64,000 nt of DNA from Yuukianura sp. NJ FZ-2021 (lineage: Eukaryota), in contig CM102289.1 in the NCBI GenBank assembly GCA_046563655.1, forward strand, positions 1,550,001 to 1,614,000. The letters are read 5' to 3'. The notes under the pieces were generated by a model. It saw nothing but the letters and a program-made list of their open reading frames with translations, was not told where the DNA came from and searched no databases. Positions 37,648 through 52,031 of the stretch are shown one piece after another. The number at the start of each line of letters is the position of its first letter. The stretch's first letter is position 1. The position numbers and the translations under genes were made by a program.

Positions 37648-38892
37648 ATGCGGAAAAGGCTGAACTTATGTGTAAAGTTGTTGTACATGTGGGCAGGAGC
37701 TCTGAATTGTGTCCCTGTTCGGTACAACTTTGGACATAACAAACCCGATACTATAGTTCACTCCGTTCAAAAATTTCAATCAGTATGCACAATTTTTGGA
37801 ACATTTTCAACACTTGTCGTAGGCTTGTTTATTTCTTACTTGTACTACGAAGTAATCTTCGGAGCTACAACGGAAATGGAAACAATATTTGCCCTTGGGT
37901 TAAACGGCATCTTTAACATAATGCACATAACACAATATGTTATACTCATCCCAACTTCTAGAAACCGTTGTATTAATGTTATCAACGTTGCGCTGGATAA
38001 TATGTTCCACTTGTCCAAAAAATTGCCGCTCTTTTATGAAATACTCACCTTCCTACAGTTGTATTATTCCGTCATGTATCCATTGTTGCTTGGTCCAATA
38101 TTATATGTACTCTCATGGACATTTCCTGGGCTTTTCACTTCATTCCACAACGGAATGTCGGCTATTGCTTCACAACTTAGCACTCCAGAATCTGCTTCCT
38201 TTTCCTGGATTTTCAGCTCATGCAAATTTAGTGTTATATTTATTGTTACGATTGGATTGGGGCATTCAGCAATCAATTGTATGGTTTTCGGTCACTGGAT
38301 GTTTACATATTTATTTACAACTATTCAAAATTTAAAGGATCTCAGTTGGTAAGAAAGTTTCAAACCAAGAGTTGTTACTGAAAGTTACAAACTATTTTTA
38401 CTTGACAGTGAAGCGGGGTTAGAGACGGAAACAAGTCGCTTCTGTGTGCACATTAGGGAGGTGCGTATCGCGTATTTGAAGCTCAAGGTTGCTGCTGAAG
38501 CATTTCGAGTAGCTTTTGAAGATGCAATTTCTTTAATCATATTGAACCTTCTCATGGCCATTGCCATTTTAACATTTCTCACGATCAGGAGTTCTGGATA
38601 TCCTTTTGTGATCGTATTCACTATGACTTGTACTGATTTTGGTATCGTAGTGGGAACAAATTTTATTATTCGTCTTTCAACAAACCAACGCATTCTGTCT
38701 AACGATCTAATTCTAAAAGCTTGTCGCCAGGCGCCGAAACATGGAACATCTGATTCAAAATTCTGGAAAGGAATGACTCCGCTACGAATCCACGTTGGAA
38801 CTGCAGCCACTTTTGAAACTAGGGAATTCATTTTGTTCATTTGGGCTCAAGTGGTTGTGGGCTCTATTATAAACCTTCTCCTTACGTTTTGA
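37648..38892 (+). CDS. Gustatory/odorant-receptor-like 7TM protein copy 3; exons 37648-38348, 38409-38892
   Basis: Intact spliced ORF paralogous to copy 2. Confidence 0.75.
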
Positions 38893-39594
38893 ACAGAATG
38901 AAAATCTTCTTCTTTGTTTAAATAAAAGTAGTGGTACGCATGCAAATATTTCTGTCTCTTAGTAAGCTTCATGTTTGAAATTTAAAGTAATAAATGACAA
39001 TCTGCAAAATTAGATTATCCAAACTACCAAGCCTACCCTCAGCAAAAGATCTCTATGAGTTATTCATACTATAATCAAACATAAATCCTAGTTCTTTTCT
39101 CAACCTGCCTTTGGCAGGCGACTGTGACCTCAAATTTTATTGTTCAGCAATAAAGAATTTTAAACCAATTTTATATTTTATTTGTATGAAAATTATTGTC
39201 TTTGTTGAAAATAAGCATTTTTTATATTTAAGTTTAACTCTTTGGACTCTGATTCACTCATGAGTCAGTTCGTTTTCCATGAATTCCTATCTCCACCTCC
39301 AACATTGCCCATCGAATCTCTCTTTTCGTTTGGCCACTCAAGGCCCCCATTGTTGTAAGTATATTTTCAGAGGAGTAACTTTTGACTTTTCTTACTCCTC
39401 TGCATTGTTTCAGAAGCCCTTAAATATCATTTTCTTCTACATTTTAAAACACTGTCTGATTTTGTCTTTCTTTTGATAAACAGGGTTATGTGGAATGCTG
39501 ACCTTGAATTTTTTTCTGGACATTTCTCTGTATAAGAACTTTTTCTTTTAAAGTGGTTTGAAATTTTGGTTTCGGTTCTTATTTTTTAAAATAG

Positions 39595-40206
39595 ATTGTC
39601 CTTCACGGATCAAATTTTTCGGTGAAGACGAGTTTGACCTCTGACCTGGTTCCCCTCTCAACACTTTGGATTGTGAGCGTCTACGCTCTGTCTATTTCCA
39701 CTACATTTTCATTTCATTACTTCCCATCTACACTCGGGTATTCGATTCACTAAAAAAACTTAGAAGTATTACAAATGTACTATTTTAATTTTAAAATAAA
39801 TCAAAAACTTAAAACTGAATTTTTTGCAGGGTTTTGATTTCAGCAGTGTTACAAGCAATGACCCTGATTTTTGCAATTTACTTTTCACACATTGCTTTTC
39901 ATGCTCTCGAAACACATGGCAAAATCGACAAAAACGAAGCAACTCGTAAGTATTCAGGGACCATAAAAACTAACATATCGTGTATGCTCATTTCTTGGAA
40001 TCTGCAAAATTTTAATTATATTAATAATTGTATTTATTTACTAATATTCATTTGATTTAGGAATGTGGGGAGCTTTCCTTTACTCGAGTACTGTGGCTTC
40101 CAATGCAGCAATTTCACTTTCGTCCGTTCTTTTGATTTTATCCGCAATTCCAGACATTTTGAATTGCTCAAACCGCAATTCAAACACAGCAATCCAAACG
40201 CCTTGA
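39595..40206 (+). pseudogene. 5'-truncated copy of the four-exon membrane-protein gene (exons 39595-39737, 39830-39945, 40061-40206)
   Basis: Homology to 25782-26541; exon 1 not found upstream of ~39480. Confidence 0.7.
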
Positions 40207-40226
40207 GCAAGCTGTCAAACGAAATT

Positions 40227-40659
40227 GAAACGGATAATACATTGTTGCTGTACTGAGAAGAAAACATATTATTTCATAAGAGCGCGGTAAGTTTTTGGAC
40301 AAATGGCACTTTGCATGGAGAGATATATTTGTGACGTTGATGCACCGCTGTCGTGTAGTACGTAGAAGCAGAACCCATTGTGACATAAACATTATATTAT
40401 AAATGCAGTTTATGCCAACAGCGATTATCTTTTCAAATTTTGTTGTAGCACCAGCAACGGCTTCGTAGTAGTAAGATGTTATAAGTGTCCCAAAAGCAAC
40501 AATAGAAAATACTGCCAATACGTCGTAACCTCGTTTGTTTTTAGTGTAAACAATAGTATCAGGCTGTCCATTTCCAAGATGGTATGTTATCGGTACGTAG
40601 CGCATAAAACTCATCCAATTATACATTAGTCTTACCCACAAATTCGTTTGGTCCTTCAT
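40227..40659 (-). pseudogene. Inverted 5' fragment of receptor gene 5 (with its upstream region to ~41035)
   Basis: MKDQTNLWVRL...TATMYYPF nearly identical to 61920-62352, then truncated. Confidence 0.9.
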
Positions 40660-42032
40660 AATGCCTTAATTTTTATGTGTTAGTGAACAAAAAATTGTCT
40701 ATTAGCGGTAACACGAAGAATTAGAAATTTTTTTTGACGGTTCACGTTATACCTTAGCTATATACGAATTCTGAATGCTTCTTGGCTAAAATTCAATCAA
40801 ATACAAATTCAAATGTTCAGAAAACAGTGTTTTCCATTCTGTTCGAAGTTAACTAAATTTTTGTGTTTGATTCCAGGATTTGTTATAATTAAGCTTTTTC
40901 TAAAGCTTAAAAAGTTTCTTTTTGTACCTTAGTGGTTGTTTGAAGTTGGTTTATGGAGAACTTTGCATTATATACATAAAAATTTCTTCATTGTGCTTAT
41001 GCAAGGTATTTTAAAAATATAGTTTCTTTCCTTACTACTTGTCATTGAAGAAAAAATGCTAACTTTTTGGTGCTGAAGAAATTTGTGACAACAAAATAAA
41101 AATTTTTTCGCAACAACTCAACAACCCTATATACTATGTAAGTTAATGTGATAAAAAGTATGTCAAAACATGGTGCAACACAATAGTTTTTAGCGGTACA
41201 TCAACTTAAAAGCGTTACGAAGGTAGACTTTCATAGAAGAAAAAGTATTAAGCAGTAACTAGTCTGTAAGGATACTAAAAAATTATTGTTATGAAACACT
41301 TTTTTGCTTTTTTTTTTATACAAAAAAATGGATTCAAAATTGACACTTTTTTTTAAACCGATTCAAGTTTTGAACAAAAAGTGCATTCATTTGTTACTCC
41401 ACTTTTGTTAATTGCACAATTAATTTTATGAAATTTGGAAGTTGTGTTGCACTCTGCTACTCCATTTTTTGTTTGAAGCATTTCTAAAAATAGCTATTAG
41501 AATTTATGACTTGAACAAATAGAAAAATGTTTGACTTCTGGTTGTGACTTTTTTGGTTCATTGGCTCCTTCCTGGTCACACACGCAAAATGCGTCTGAAA
41601 TCATGTCACTTTTGAAGTAAGTTGGAAGACTAATGGTTTATGGACAAACATCTTCTGCATCTGGTTCTTCCATCAACGAAGTGGATCCAACTGAATTAAC
41701 TTTTTCACCAGCTTTTTATTTTCCAAATACCAAAGATGCAACGTACCAAAGAGGAAAAAATTCTGAAAATGGGGACTTAATGGGTTCATTTCAACCTTAA
41801 GAAGTCAAGCTCTTGTCGTCGCATTTCCTTTTAACTCAAAGTTGCATTGCGTTCCACTGCACTCTGCTCCCTTGAATCAAACCGAAACCACTTCCAGAAA
41901 AATTTCAGCTCACAAGCACTTTTTCAAAAAAAAAAAAATTTCCCTAAATAATTTCTTCTAAAATTTCTCCAGAAAAAAAGCACTAAATAGTTTGAAATCT
42001 CTTGGAGCTAATTTTTGCTGAAAATTTTAGCT

Positions 42033-45000
42033 ATGTCAAAATTCTTCTTTTTAATCATTTTCTCAGTTTTTATTAAAAACGCCCAAAGTTTTCTGCAAAT
42101 CGGAGACTTTTGTCCACCGACAGAAAATGCGGGAGATTCAAAAGTGGAAAAACTGACGAACATCAGTGCAGATTTGACCTGCAATCCGTTTGTACCACTG
42201 GAGTGCATCACTGGACGATGTCAATGTAAACGTGGTTACACAATTAATAGAAATGGAACAGTTTGTTTAGAAATTGCACGAAATGGACTCGAATCTCCCT
42301 GCGAAGAAAGTATTCAATGCTGGAAAGGACTTCTAGGCAGACTAGCAGAATGCAACACTGTAACAGGAAGATGTCAATGTTATGAGTCCGAAACGCTTCC
42401 AATTGTTTTTCATCAAGGAAGGTAAAATTTTACAAAATTTTCACAATTGAGATTTTAAGGAAGTAATAATTCGGAGCAAAAATTTTCCAAATTCATCAGC
42501 AGAAAAATTTTCCCTACAATTTGTCCCCGCATTTGCTGAATTGTTTTTTTTCATTTAAGTAATTTTTCTTTTCTACTAAAATTTGTTTAAACACTCTACA
42601 TTTGTTTAAACCAAAAAAAATTTCCCGCGCTTTTTTGACTTTGTAGATGCTACTACGGTGAAAGTCTTGGGGACTACTGTCAAATCGATGGACTTTGCAC
42701 TGCTACCACTGAAAACGCTACATGCAAAACAGGAGTTTGTCAATGCAAAGAAGGTTATGTCCCATCATGGGACAAGTCACGCTGTTTGCAAATTGCTTCC
42801 CAAAGTCTTGACTCTCCCTGTGAAGAAAACGTTCAATGCGAAAAGAGTCTTCTGGGCACCCTGTCAGAATGTAACCAAGAGTCCATGCGTTGTCAATGTT
42901 ACCAAATCCCCATGGTACCCACTTTGTTCCATTCTGGACGTTGCTACTTTGGAGCTTCTTTGGGCGATGTCTGTCAAGTCACTGCTCAGTGCCTGTCAAC
43001 TACAGAAAATTCAGTTTGTGGAAATGATGGAAAGTGCAAATGCAACGAAACGGCGGGATTCGTGGCCAATTCGGTGGGATCGGGGTGCTTGGAGGTCGTT
43101 TCGGCTGATGATTCGTCCAAAAGCGAGTGCTTAGAAGATATTCAGTGCACACGGACTCTAGGTAACTAAAAAAAGTTCAAAGGGCGACGCAGTTCGCTTA
43201 TAGGAAAAGCGCCATCCGTACGATTTGGCTAAAACTTGGCACAGTTGTTCCTTGGCTCTTTATGAACAACTTTTGTACAGGGGTCAACTTGGTTCATCCA
43301 ACGGTTTGACCGCCAGAGGTCACCAAAGGTCAACATATTATCCTATGACAACCCTGTACGTGTAATATCTCGTTGGAAAGGTATTTTCATGCTGATTCCA
43401 AATATATATATAGGTATCAATACTTTGGTCCAACCGTATGACCTCCATAGGTCACCGAACTTTCAGTTGAAATAATTTTCAAAGTACGAAAAATGTTGAA
43501 ACGGTTTTATTATAACCGACAAAATGACCTAGACAAAAGTTGTTCCCCTCGTTAAAAAAAAACAAGTTTTTTCATATTAATTTTACTCTTAACACTTTGT
43601 TTCCTCATAAGCATAAAAATAACCTATATATAAGTTGTTCTAAACATCAAATCTTTATTGAGTATTTTTTCTGAGTTGTTCGGTTCGGGTCGAATCATTG
43701 AAACATCAGTAGTTATGATGTAAGCTTACGAGATTGGGTTTGTTCTCCCCAATGAAGAGGTAGGGGTAGGGGAAGGGGTCCACCCCCGTTAGGCGAAAGC
43801 TGAAACCCCCTAGAAACCCCCTACCTCGGAGGGGAGCGGGGGTGAGGCAATGTTGCCGTCCCAGACCCGATCTCGATCAAACGTTGACGACCCGGACCCA
43901 GCATGCGGGGATACGCATGCCACCGGAGTAGCTGACCGTAGGGGCTCCACCCCCCGACGTCTGCGGCGAAGGCTACCCGGTGACCTGGCAGGTGGATTGG
44001 CAGAACCTTCAGCGGAGGAGCGGCATGAGGGGGGCACCCATAAGTTGGTGCGGACCCGAGCCGGAGGCAGTGCCGCGAATCCGCTGGAGGGGAGCCTGGA
44101 TACGGAACGGACCCTCGATCTGGCTACCACAAACCTGGACACGGAACGGACCCCAGAACAAGCCACTGGGTCAGTGACAAGTTCCACAAGAAGATCGAAG
44201 AAGGCAAAACTTGACGTTAAGCAGAAATGCTTTGTATGTACAGAAGACTTTAGAGTTTTCGTGGGACTTGTGGGACCACAAAACAATATAAAAAGAAACA
44301 TAGCTGGTTTTCATCGAGCTTCATTTGGCAAAGCAAACAAGGAATTTGACGAGGCCAATGATCGACTGTGCCTAAACTGTGCCAAACGGATAAACGCGGA
44401 AGTCCAAACAGACAACAACGGCGTTATGATGAATGTGGTTGTAAGACCATTCGGAACGTGCTGTATCATCTGCGGTGGAGCGGAAGACACCGTAAGGCTC
44501 CTGCGGTCTCAAAGGTTAGAGGCCTTTATATCTTCAGATTTGTATATCCAGGAGCGATCCTATTGCTGCAGGTCGCATGTTACCTCCTCAAATGAAATTC
44601 AGCAGTTAATGCTTACTGGGCTAAACAGTATTAGGAGAAAAATCGCAATACCTCCAGAAGAGGTTTCATCTTTTCTTTATAAGTTCCGAAAGAAAATTAA
44701 TGACCAGCGCAACAATCCTTATGCTGATATTGATTGCATTTCCGATCCGGATTTTTATACATTAACGGGACTTCTGAAGGAAAAGTTCTGTGACGTTTTT
44801 CAGGCAGCAAAGAAATATGACACCGCAGAAATATCACAAGAAAATCTAATTATGTTCCTTGTAAAAATGCGTCATGGAGTTTCGGACGACTTTCTGAAAG
44901 TCATGTTCCAGATATCTAGTCGTCAATATGTTTCACAACTCATACAAAAAGTTCGCAGACATTTGATGGTGAATTTTGTACCAAAACATCTAGGTTTGGG

Positions 45001-47866
45001 GGCAATTTCAAGAGAAGACTACATCTCTAAACACGTGACGGATTTCTCAAACGCTCTATATAACCATGACGAAGAAAATAATCCTAAAGACAAAGTCGCA
45101 ATAGTTGCAGTAGATGGGACTTACATATACATTCCAAAGTCTTCAAATTATACATTCCTGAAAATGAGTTATTCCATGCAAAAAAACCGGCATTTGGTGA
45201 AACCAATTATGTTGGTCGCACCCGATGGGTACATTTTGGACGTCCATGGGCCGTATTTTGGAGATGGCAAAAATAACGACGCTGCTTGCTTGCAGAACGA
45301 ACTGAAAAAGTCGACAGATGGCCTCAGACAATGGCTAAGGGACGGGGATATTTGCCTTGTTGATAGAGGCTATAGGGATTGCCAGGAATACCTTTCGTCA
45401 ATCGGTATTAAGTGCTGCATGCCTCATTATTTAAGCAAAAAAAGAAAGCAGCATGACACCGCAGAAGCAAACGAATCTCGCCTTGTTACAAAATGCAGGT
45501 GGATTGTTGAAGCTAGAAATGGACATGTGAAGCAAAAAAACAAACACCTACGGGATATGGTACATGCCCACAACGTTTTGCACATCGGAGAAGATTTTCG
45601 CATAACCTGTGCTTTAATAAATGCATATTCTCCCCCAATACTTATGAGATCAGCCACTTTGGAATTTGCAAAGACAATCCTTGAAAGATCTCTGAATGAA
45701 AACCTGCTCAAAGCCCGCGTTGAATCCAGTGGGTGGGATAAGAAAAGGACATCAGATTGGCTCGCTATGACATCCGATTCTTTGCCAGAATTTCCACTGT
45801 TGGGCGAAGAATACCTCTCGGATATAACTTTGGGAGTATATCAGCTCAAATTATCAAAGTCCTATGTGCAGGAGAAGCTGAGAAAGGAAGCAGAGTACAA
45901 GTTCGAATTGAGCTTGGAAGAACCAGGTGTACTTAGAGCCGAACATATTCCAGGTTTTCAAACAGTGTTAAACACCAACTCTGGATTTCCTTCAATACGA
46001 ATCCCAACGAAGTCCCCATCAACGGCTGGTATTGCAAATGTCGATCAGGCGCAAGAACTGTAGGATGTTGTGCACATATTGCTTCAGTTTTATGGTATCT
46101 TGGGTCCGCTAGGCATGACCCATCTGTTCAGTTTCCGACCCTAGCCCCACTAAAGCTTTTCTTGGATTGCGCAGAACGAATTAACACAAATACGTAATGA
46201 CAATAAATAAATAATTTACTACAACAATCAAAAATGTGTTTTATTATTTAATTCAATTTTGCAATACATTGTAATCCCACCCAAGAATGTTAACGGTAAA
46301 AGCTACGAGGGAAACAGGTTTTATAGTCTATCTTATCGGTAAAGATCAATCACAAGTTAATGTTTTGAACTTTTTCTGGTCCTCCGACCTTTAAATTATA
46401 GTTAGTACACACAGAATTGTTTGCCACAGGGAAAAGTCACGGAGGAAAAAGTTGCTTATTTTTACGAGGGGAACAACTGTTGCCTAGGACATTTTGTCGG
46501 TTATAATAAAACCGTTTCAACATTTTTCGTACTTTGAAAATTATTTCAACTGAAAGTTCGGTGACCTATGGAGGTCATACGGTTGGACCAAAGTATTGAT
46601 ACCTATATATATTTGGAATCAGCATGAAAATACCTTTCCAACGAGATATTACACGTACAGGGTTGTCATAGGATAATATGTTGACCTTTGGTGACCTCTG
46701 GCGGTCAAACCGTTGGATGAACCAAGTTGACCCCTGTACAAAAGTTGTTCATAAAGAGCCAAGGAACAACTGTGCCAAGTTTTAGCCAAATCGTACGGAT
46801 GGCGCTTTTCCTATAAGCGAACTGCGTCGCCCTTTTTCAAAATTCAAAACATTCCAAAAGTTCAAGGTTCATAAACAGAGGCATACTTTTTCTTTAACAC
46901 GTTAGACAGTAACTCGAATTCTGAATTTTCTAAGTATTTTCAAAAGTAGATTCACCCAAGTTCATTCTTTTGCAACATGGCAATTTGAATTAAAAAAAAA
47001 TCAAAATTACTAACAAAATTTAAACAAGTCTGGCAAGTGGAACTGGTTTTGTTCTGTAGTAGAAAAAATTGGTTTCAAATATGCTTTTTTTTTGCGATTT
47101 TTTCAGAGATTGAGTTACTGACTAACCTGTTAAAGAAAAAGTTTTTGGTTGTCAAAACACCTTGCAAAAATGCATTTTTTAAAAATTACAACAATCTTTA
47201 TCTTGTATGCTGATTTTAGGCCACTTTTCGCGCTGCAATTTGAGTAAGCGGAAGTGCGAATGTTTTCTGCCAGAAGAAAACGTGGAGCTGGAATTGGTTG
47301 GAGCAAGTCGAGGCGACAGTCCAATGGTCATCGTTGGCGCCAAATGCTACGTGGGTAAAGGCTTAGGCGAAACTTGCAAGTACAATTTGCAGTGCTCCGT
47401 GGTCACTCCGAATTCCGTGTGTCACAATGATACATGTCACTGCGATGACCTCCACGTCTCGTCATTCGACTCTAAAAAGTGTCTCCAAATTGGAAACGAT
47501 GGACTGGGCTCCCCGTGTGAAGAGGATTTGCAATGTACAAATTCAATTTTGGGGCCACTGGCCAAGTGTGACACGATTTTCAAAAATTGTAGTTGCTCCA
47601 GCTTCCTTCCAGTGGTATACTACGACAAGGCGTGCTACTTTCATCGTCAACTGGGTACACCGTGTGAATTTGATGCAGAATGCAGAGCTGGTGGCAATCT
47701 TTGGGCAGAATGTGTTACTGGAAGGTGTCAATGTGGACATGGAATGAAGGTCGAAGGTCAATCGTGTGTCCCGGTCACAAATGAAATCAGAAGTAGAGGT
47801 TACATGTCTCCGATTTCGTGGAACCTTTTTGTCTCGTTCAATTTTTTCATTGTTTTGATTGTTTAG
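42033..47866 (+). CDS. Secreted/membrane-anchored Cys-rich EB-module repeat protein; exons 42033-42421, 42647-43161, 47220-47866
   Basis: Signal peptide MSKFFFLIIFSVFIKNAQS; repeated LG..C....QC.......C....C.C modules; hydrophobic C-terminus; splice phases consistent. Confidence 0.8.
43182..46832 (+). mobile_element. PHIS-group DNA transposon, Spy-like, in intron 2 of the EB gene
   Basis: Near-perfect ~345-bp TIRs (43182-43526 / 46490-46832, one TA-unit difference noticed); flanked by AAA and TTT. Confidence 0.9.
43850..46197 (+). CDS. DDE_Tnp_4-type transposase with C-terminal SWIM-like zinc finger; 1-bp frameshift at ~45940
   Basis: AVDGTYIYI, NNDA, LVDRGYRD, RWIVEARNG; the shifted frame continues RTYSRFSN...WYCKCRSGARTVGCCAHIASVLWYLG to TAA 46197; true start uncertain. 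Confidence 0.88.
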
Positions 47867-48045
47867 TTTCTAACGGTTTATACATTATAGACTTCTTGAT
47901 CTTACGTTTTTGCACATAGAAAAAGTAATTAACACGTATAAAAAATAGAATAGTTACTGTACTGCTTAACTTTTCTTAACCTTACTTTAGTTACTACCTT
48001 TGACATTTCTGAATACTTTTGTTATGAATTTCTAAAATACTTTGC

Positions 48046-49617
48046 TCAATCATCGATTCGCTTCAGGCAAATTCGAATTTCGCGCGCTGGGAGTCTAACT
48101 TTATCGATTCGCTTGAGGCAAATTCGAATTTCGCGCGTTGGGAGTCTAGCTTTTCTACATTTTTCAGATCTTTGATGTTGTTGTAATAGGGCTTTAGTAT
48201 CGAAAGATGCATCACGGCAAATACACAAGTGACAGCGGTATGTTTTCGCTTCGAACTGAATATCGTGTCTACTCTTGAGATGAGCCTTCAGACCACCGCC
48301 ATGTACGAAACGCATTTTGCAGAAAGGACATTTGTCCGGCATGTGACCACTGTGGATGCGTTTATGGTAGACGAGGTTGGATTTTGTATAAACTTCCTTG
48401 CGGCAAATATCGCACTCGTATGTTTTCCTCTTCTTTTCATGTGTCTTCAAATGCATATTTAAAGTCGCCTGTGAACGAAATGTACGTTGGCAGTGTACGC
48501 ACTCTTCCGCTTTTTCGTTTAGATGAGACTTGAGGTGAGCTTGAAGTCCAGCGGCAGCTACAGTCACATGAGGACAAAACATACACTGATATGTCTTTTC
48601 TCCTACGTGTCGTCTGATGTGTTCGTCCCGGAGCTGTAATTAGAAAAATGAAAATTTATGTTACTACCCTATTTATTGGAGTATACAACGCGTACTCGTG
48701 TATAACGCGCACTGAAATATTATTTCCAATATGTAAAATAAGGCGAATTTTTCGCGCGTTATAAGCCGATTTTTGAAGCTTTTGAAACAAAGTATTTCAG
48801 ATGCGTGTACCTGCTTGAAGTACGTGCGATAATTGCATAATCCACAACTAAATTGTTCATCCTGACCTAAATGGCTTTTCATGTGACGTCTGAGTGATCC
48901 ACTGTTTACATAGGATTTGTCGCATGTTTCACACTGAAAGTTTCTCTCCTTGGTATGTACGGCAATATGTTCTTGGAGATTAGTAGCAGATGGTGCAGCA
49001 TAAGAACAAAAATTGCACATGAAGTCGCTCAGTCCAGTATGTGTGACGAGATGCCTCTGGAGTCCTGCTTTGCTCATGAGGGCCTTGGGACATTGGCTGC
49101 ATTTAAACAGTTCTTGAGTATGAATACGACGATGAGTTAAGAGTCCCGCCTTCTGTGCAAACGACATCGGACAATCAGAACAAACAAATGGTTTTTCACC
49201 AGTGTGTGTACGCATATGGATTGAACGAGTTCTGTGCATACGAAACGTTTTGTCGCACAGTGAGCATTCAAAGGGACGTGCATTGGTATGCCTTAGCATA
49301 TGCGCAGGAAGACTTCTTTCTCTGACGATCATTCCACATTGGGCACAGGCTACCTGATCTGCCTTCGAGTGCATGAGTACATGAACTGTAACGGAATCTC
49401 TTCGTTTGAACCTTTTCGGGCACTGGGGACATCCAAACGGTAGTTCAGTACTATGAGTCCGCATATGTCGCTTCAGTCCAAACCTACGTTTAAACTTGCC
49501 CGGACATACTGCACATTTAAATCGCCTTTTCGTGGAATGCGTATCCATGTGCTCCCTCAACCTTTGTTTCTTTATGAACTGTTTCCCACACTGCTCACAC
49601 ACATGTTTCTGATCCAT
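48046..49617 (-). CDS. C2H2 zinc-finger array protein 1; exons 49617-48811, 48633-48046
   Basis: About 14-15 CxxC..H..H fingers, TGEKPF linker, in-frame GT-AG intron. Confidence 0.9.
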
Positions 49618-50281
49618 GCTGCTCCAAATTCCTGCAAAACATGATGTGAACAATTTTTTAAGAATATTATAAAAAACACCTCTGTACGATTAATGAAGTA
49701 AGTTCGAATTAAGAAGTTAAATGTTCAACTTGCTTAAATCTGGAGTTGACGTGTTACTGGGCAAAAATACAGTGAACCTTGGACTAAACGAATCAAAAAA
49801 ACAGTTATTTGACTTCTTAAACAAAGCAAAAACGTTGCATTTCCCCGTTTCGGATAGCAGTAAAAAGTTAAAAAAACACTCAAAGTGAAATTGAAAACAA
49901 TGTTGATCCCTCCGAAATTTTGAGAATTTTTGGAATAGACAAAAGCCCTCGGGGAAAGATTGTAGCCGTAAGGATTAACGAGCATCATTGTATCGCCCTA
50001 GCATAGCCTTAGACAGCACTGCCATCTTTTGTGGCTGCAATAGGTGGCTACGCCTAAGTGGTAACTTATGTAGCCACATTAACTGAGAGTAACCTAAAAT
50101 GGCAACTTGCCACTGGCAAGATACGCTACCTCATAGTACAGCCACTCTTTGTCCTTGGAGTTGTGGCCATGCCTAAGCTTTGCCGTTACAATGATCTGAG
50201 TTAAAGCCTTACGCCAACCGGCAGCATGAACTGGGGTTGGATCAATTCTCGGAATTTGTGTAAAATCTCTCCAACGTGAAA

Positions 50282-50410
50282 GTGTTTCCAAATTGGAAAC
50301 AATGGGCATGGAATGTAGGTCGAAGGTCAATCGTGTGTCCCGGTCACAAATGAAATCAGAAGTGGAGGTTATTCGCAATCGTTTTCATGGAACCTTTTTG
50401 TCTCTCGTAC
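50282..50410 (+). pseudogene. Internally deleted remnant of the EB gene last exon
   Basis: Matches ~47479-47502 joined to ~47738-47835. Confidence 0.7.
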
Positions 50411-50578
50411 AATCTTTTGATTTCTTTTGAATGTGTAATTTATTACTATACAAATTCTTATAAAAACAAATCTTTATTTAAATTGGTAATATAAATTAAA
50501 AATTTCTTCGATCTTCAGTATTCTATGGATAAAACTGGCGGGAAAACTTTTATATAAAGAAAAAATTGCGTAGTGCTT

Positions 50579-52031
50579 TCACTCATCAACTCTCCTGAGG
50601 CAAATCCGAACTTGTTGAGTTGGCAGTCTTCCGCGAGCGCATTCTTCTGACCTTTGGTGTTGCTTTAATTGACGTCTGAAATCAAACGACGCATCTCTGG
50701 AGACACACTTTCTGCATTCTATTGGTTTATTCCCAATAGTAGGGATGTGGATTCTACGTACGTGTCTATTCAGATCACTCGTACTAATAAAACTGATTTC
50801 ACAAAGTGGACACTTCTGTGATTTGTGTTTAAGATGGAGTCGCTTATGTCGAAGGAGGTTGACGTGAGAGCTAATTTTTTTGTGGCAAATGTTACAGTCG
50901 TATGTTATTTCTTCCATTCCATGTGATTCCAAGTGTTTCTTCAAGTCATTCATTGTGTCAGCGACATTAGAACAAAATGGACACTGCGTCGGTTTCTCAC
51001 TCAAATGGCGTCTGATATGCGCGTTCAAATCCTGGAACAAAAATAAATTATTAAGTACAAGAATACTCCGCCGTAACGCTGGGGTTTCGCCTAAACACGT
51101 TTTTTTTAGCATTTTATAAAAATTGAAAACAGGTTACCAATGGCAACAGCCAAGGTTGCTATAGTGTCCGCTGGTACAAATACTATAACAGGTTATGCCA
51201 TTACTCGTCCTAATTGAAAAAAAGCAAGCATAACAACTTTTGGACCAATCCCATTTACTTCACAGTGTCAACAAATCGCAGAAAAATTTCAAAACAAACA
51301 ATTTTTAATAAATAGGAGTTATGGCATAACATGTTAAAATAATTACACAAAATTTCGATTTAAGCAAATTTGGCATTCCAAACGGACAAACATTCCCGAC
51401 GTTTTTTGTTAGTAAAAATCACAAACTGATCTTGTGCACTTACGTGTTCATCCATAGTTTGGTAGTCACAGAACAAGCATTGGAGATTCTCGTTGTGATG
51501 GGTTTTCCTATGGTGACTAAGCGCTGATTCAGTTGCAAAACACTTTTCACATTTTTTGCACTGGAGTGGTGTCTCCATTTTATGAACCAACATGTGCTTC
51601 TGTAGTACTTCCGTGCTAACTGCAGGGTATGGGCAGACGTTGCACATGAAATCGCTCATTCCAGTATGCGTTATGAGGTGACGCGTTAGGTTATAGTACT
51701 TGTTCAGAAACTTTTTAGAACAAGTTGGGCATTCAAATTTTTGAGATTTACATGAGTGAATGAATATCACTTGATCCGATTTGTAGTGAATGTGGATATG
51801 CTTTCTAAGATACGACTTGTGTCTAAATTTTTTCGGACATTGGGAACATTGAAACTCTGGATCCGCTGTACTGTGCACTCCCATGTGCTTTTTGAGCACA
51901 TCATTTCGCTTAAATCTTTTGGAACACACTGTACATTCAAAAGGCTTTTCTGAAGAATGGAGGAGCAAGTGGCGCTGCAAGTACTTGCGTGTTGCAAACT
52001 GTTTACCACACTTCGAACATTTCTGGGCCAT
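50579..52031 (-). CDS. C2H2 zinc-finger array protein 2; exons 52031-51444, 51031-50579 (possible upstream ATG exon ending at 52109)
   Basis: About 10-11 C2H2 fingers; same intron position as ZF1. Confidence 0.88.

Noticed and set aside
43810..44301. Second (antisense) transposon ORF such as a Myb/YqaJ partner
   Set aside because: Shadow of the GC-rich 5' part of the transposase ORF; no recognisable domain
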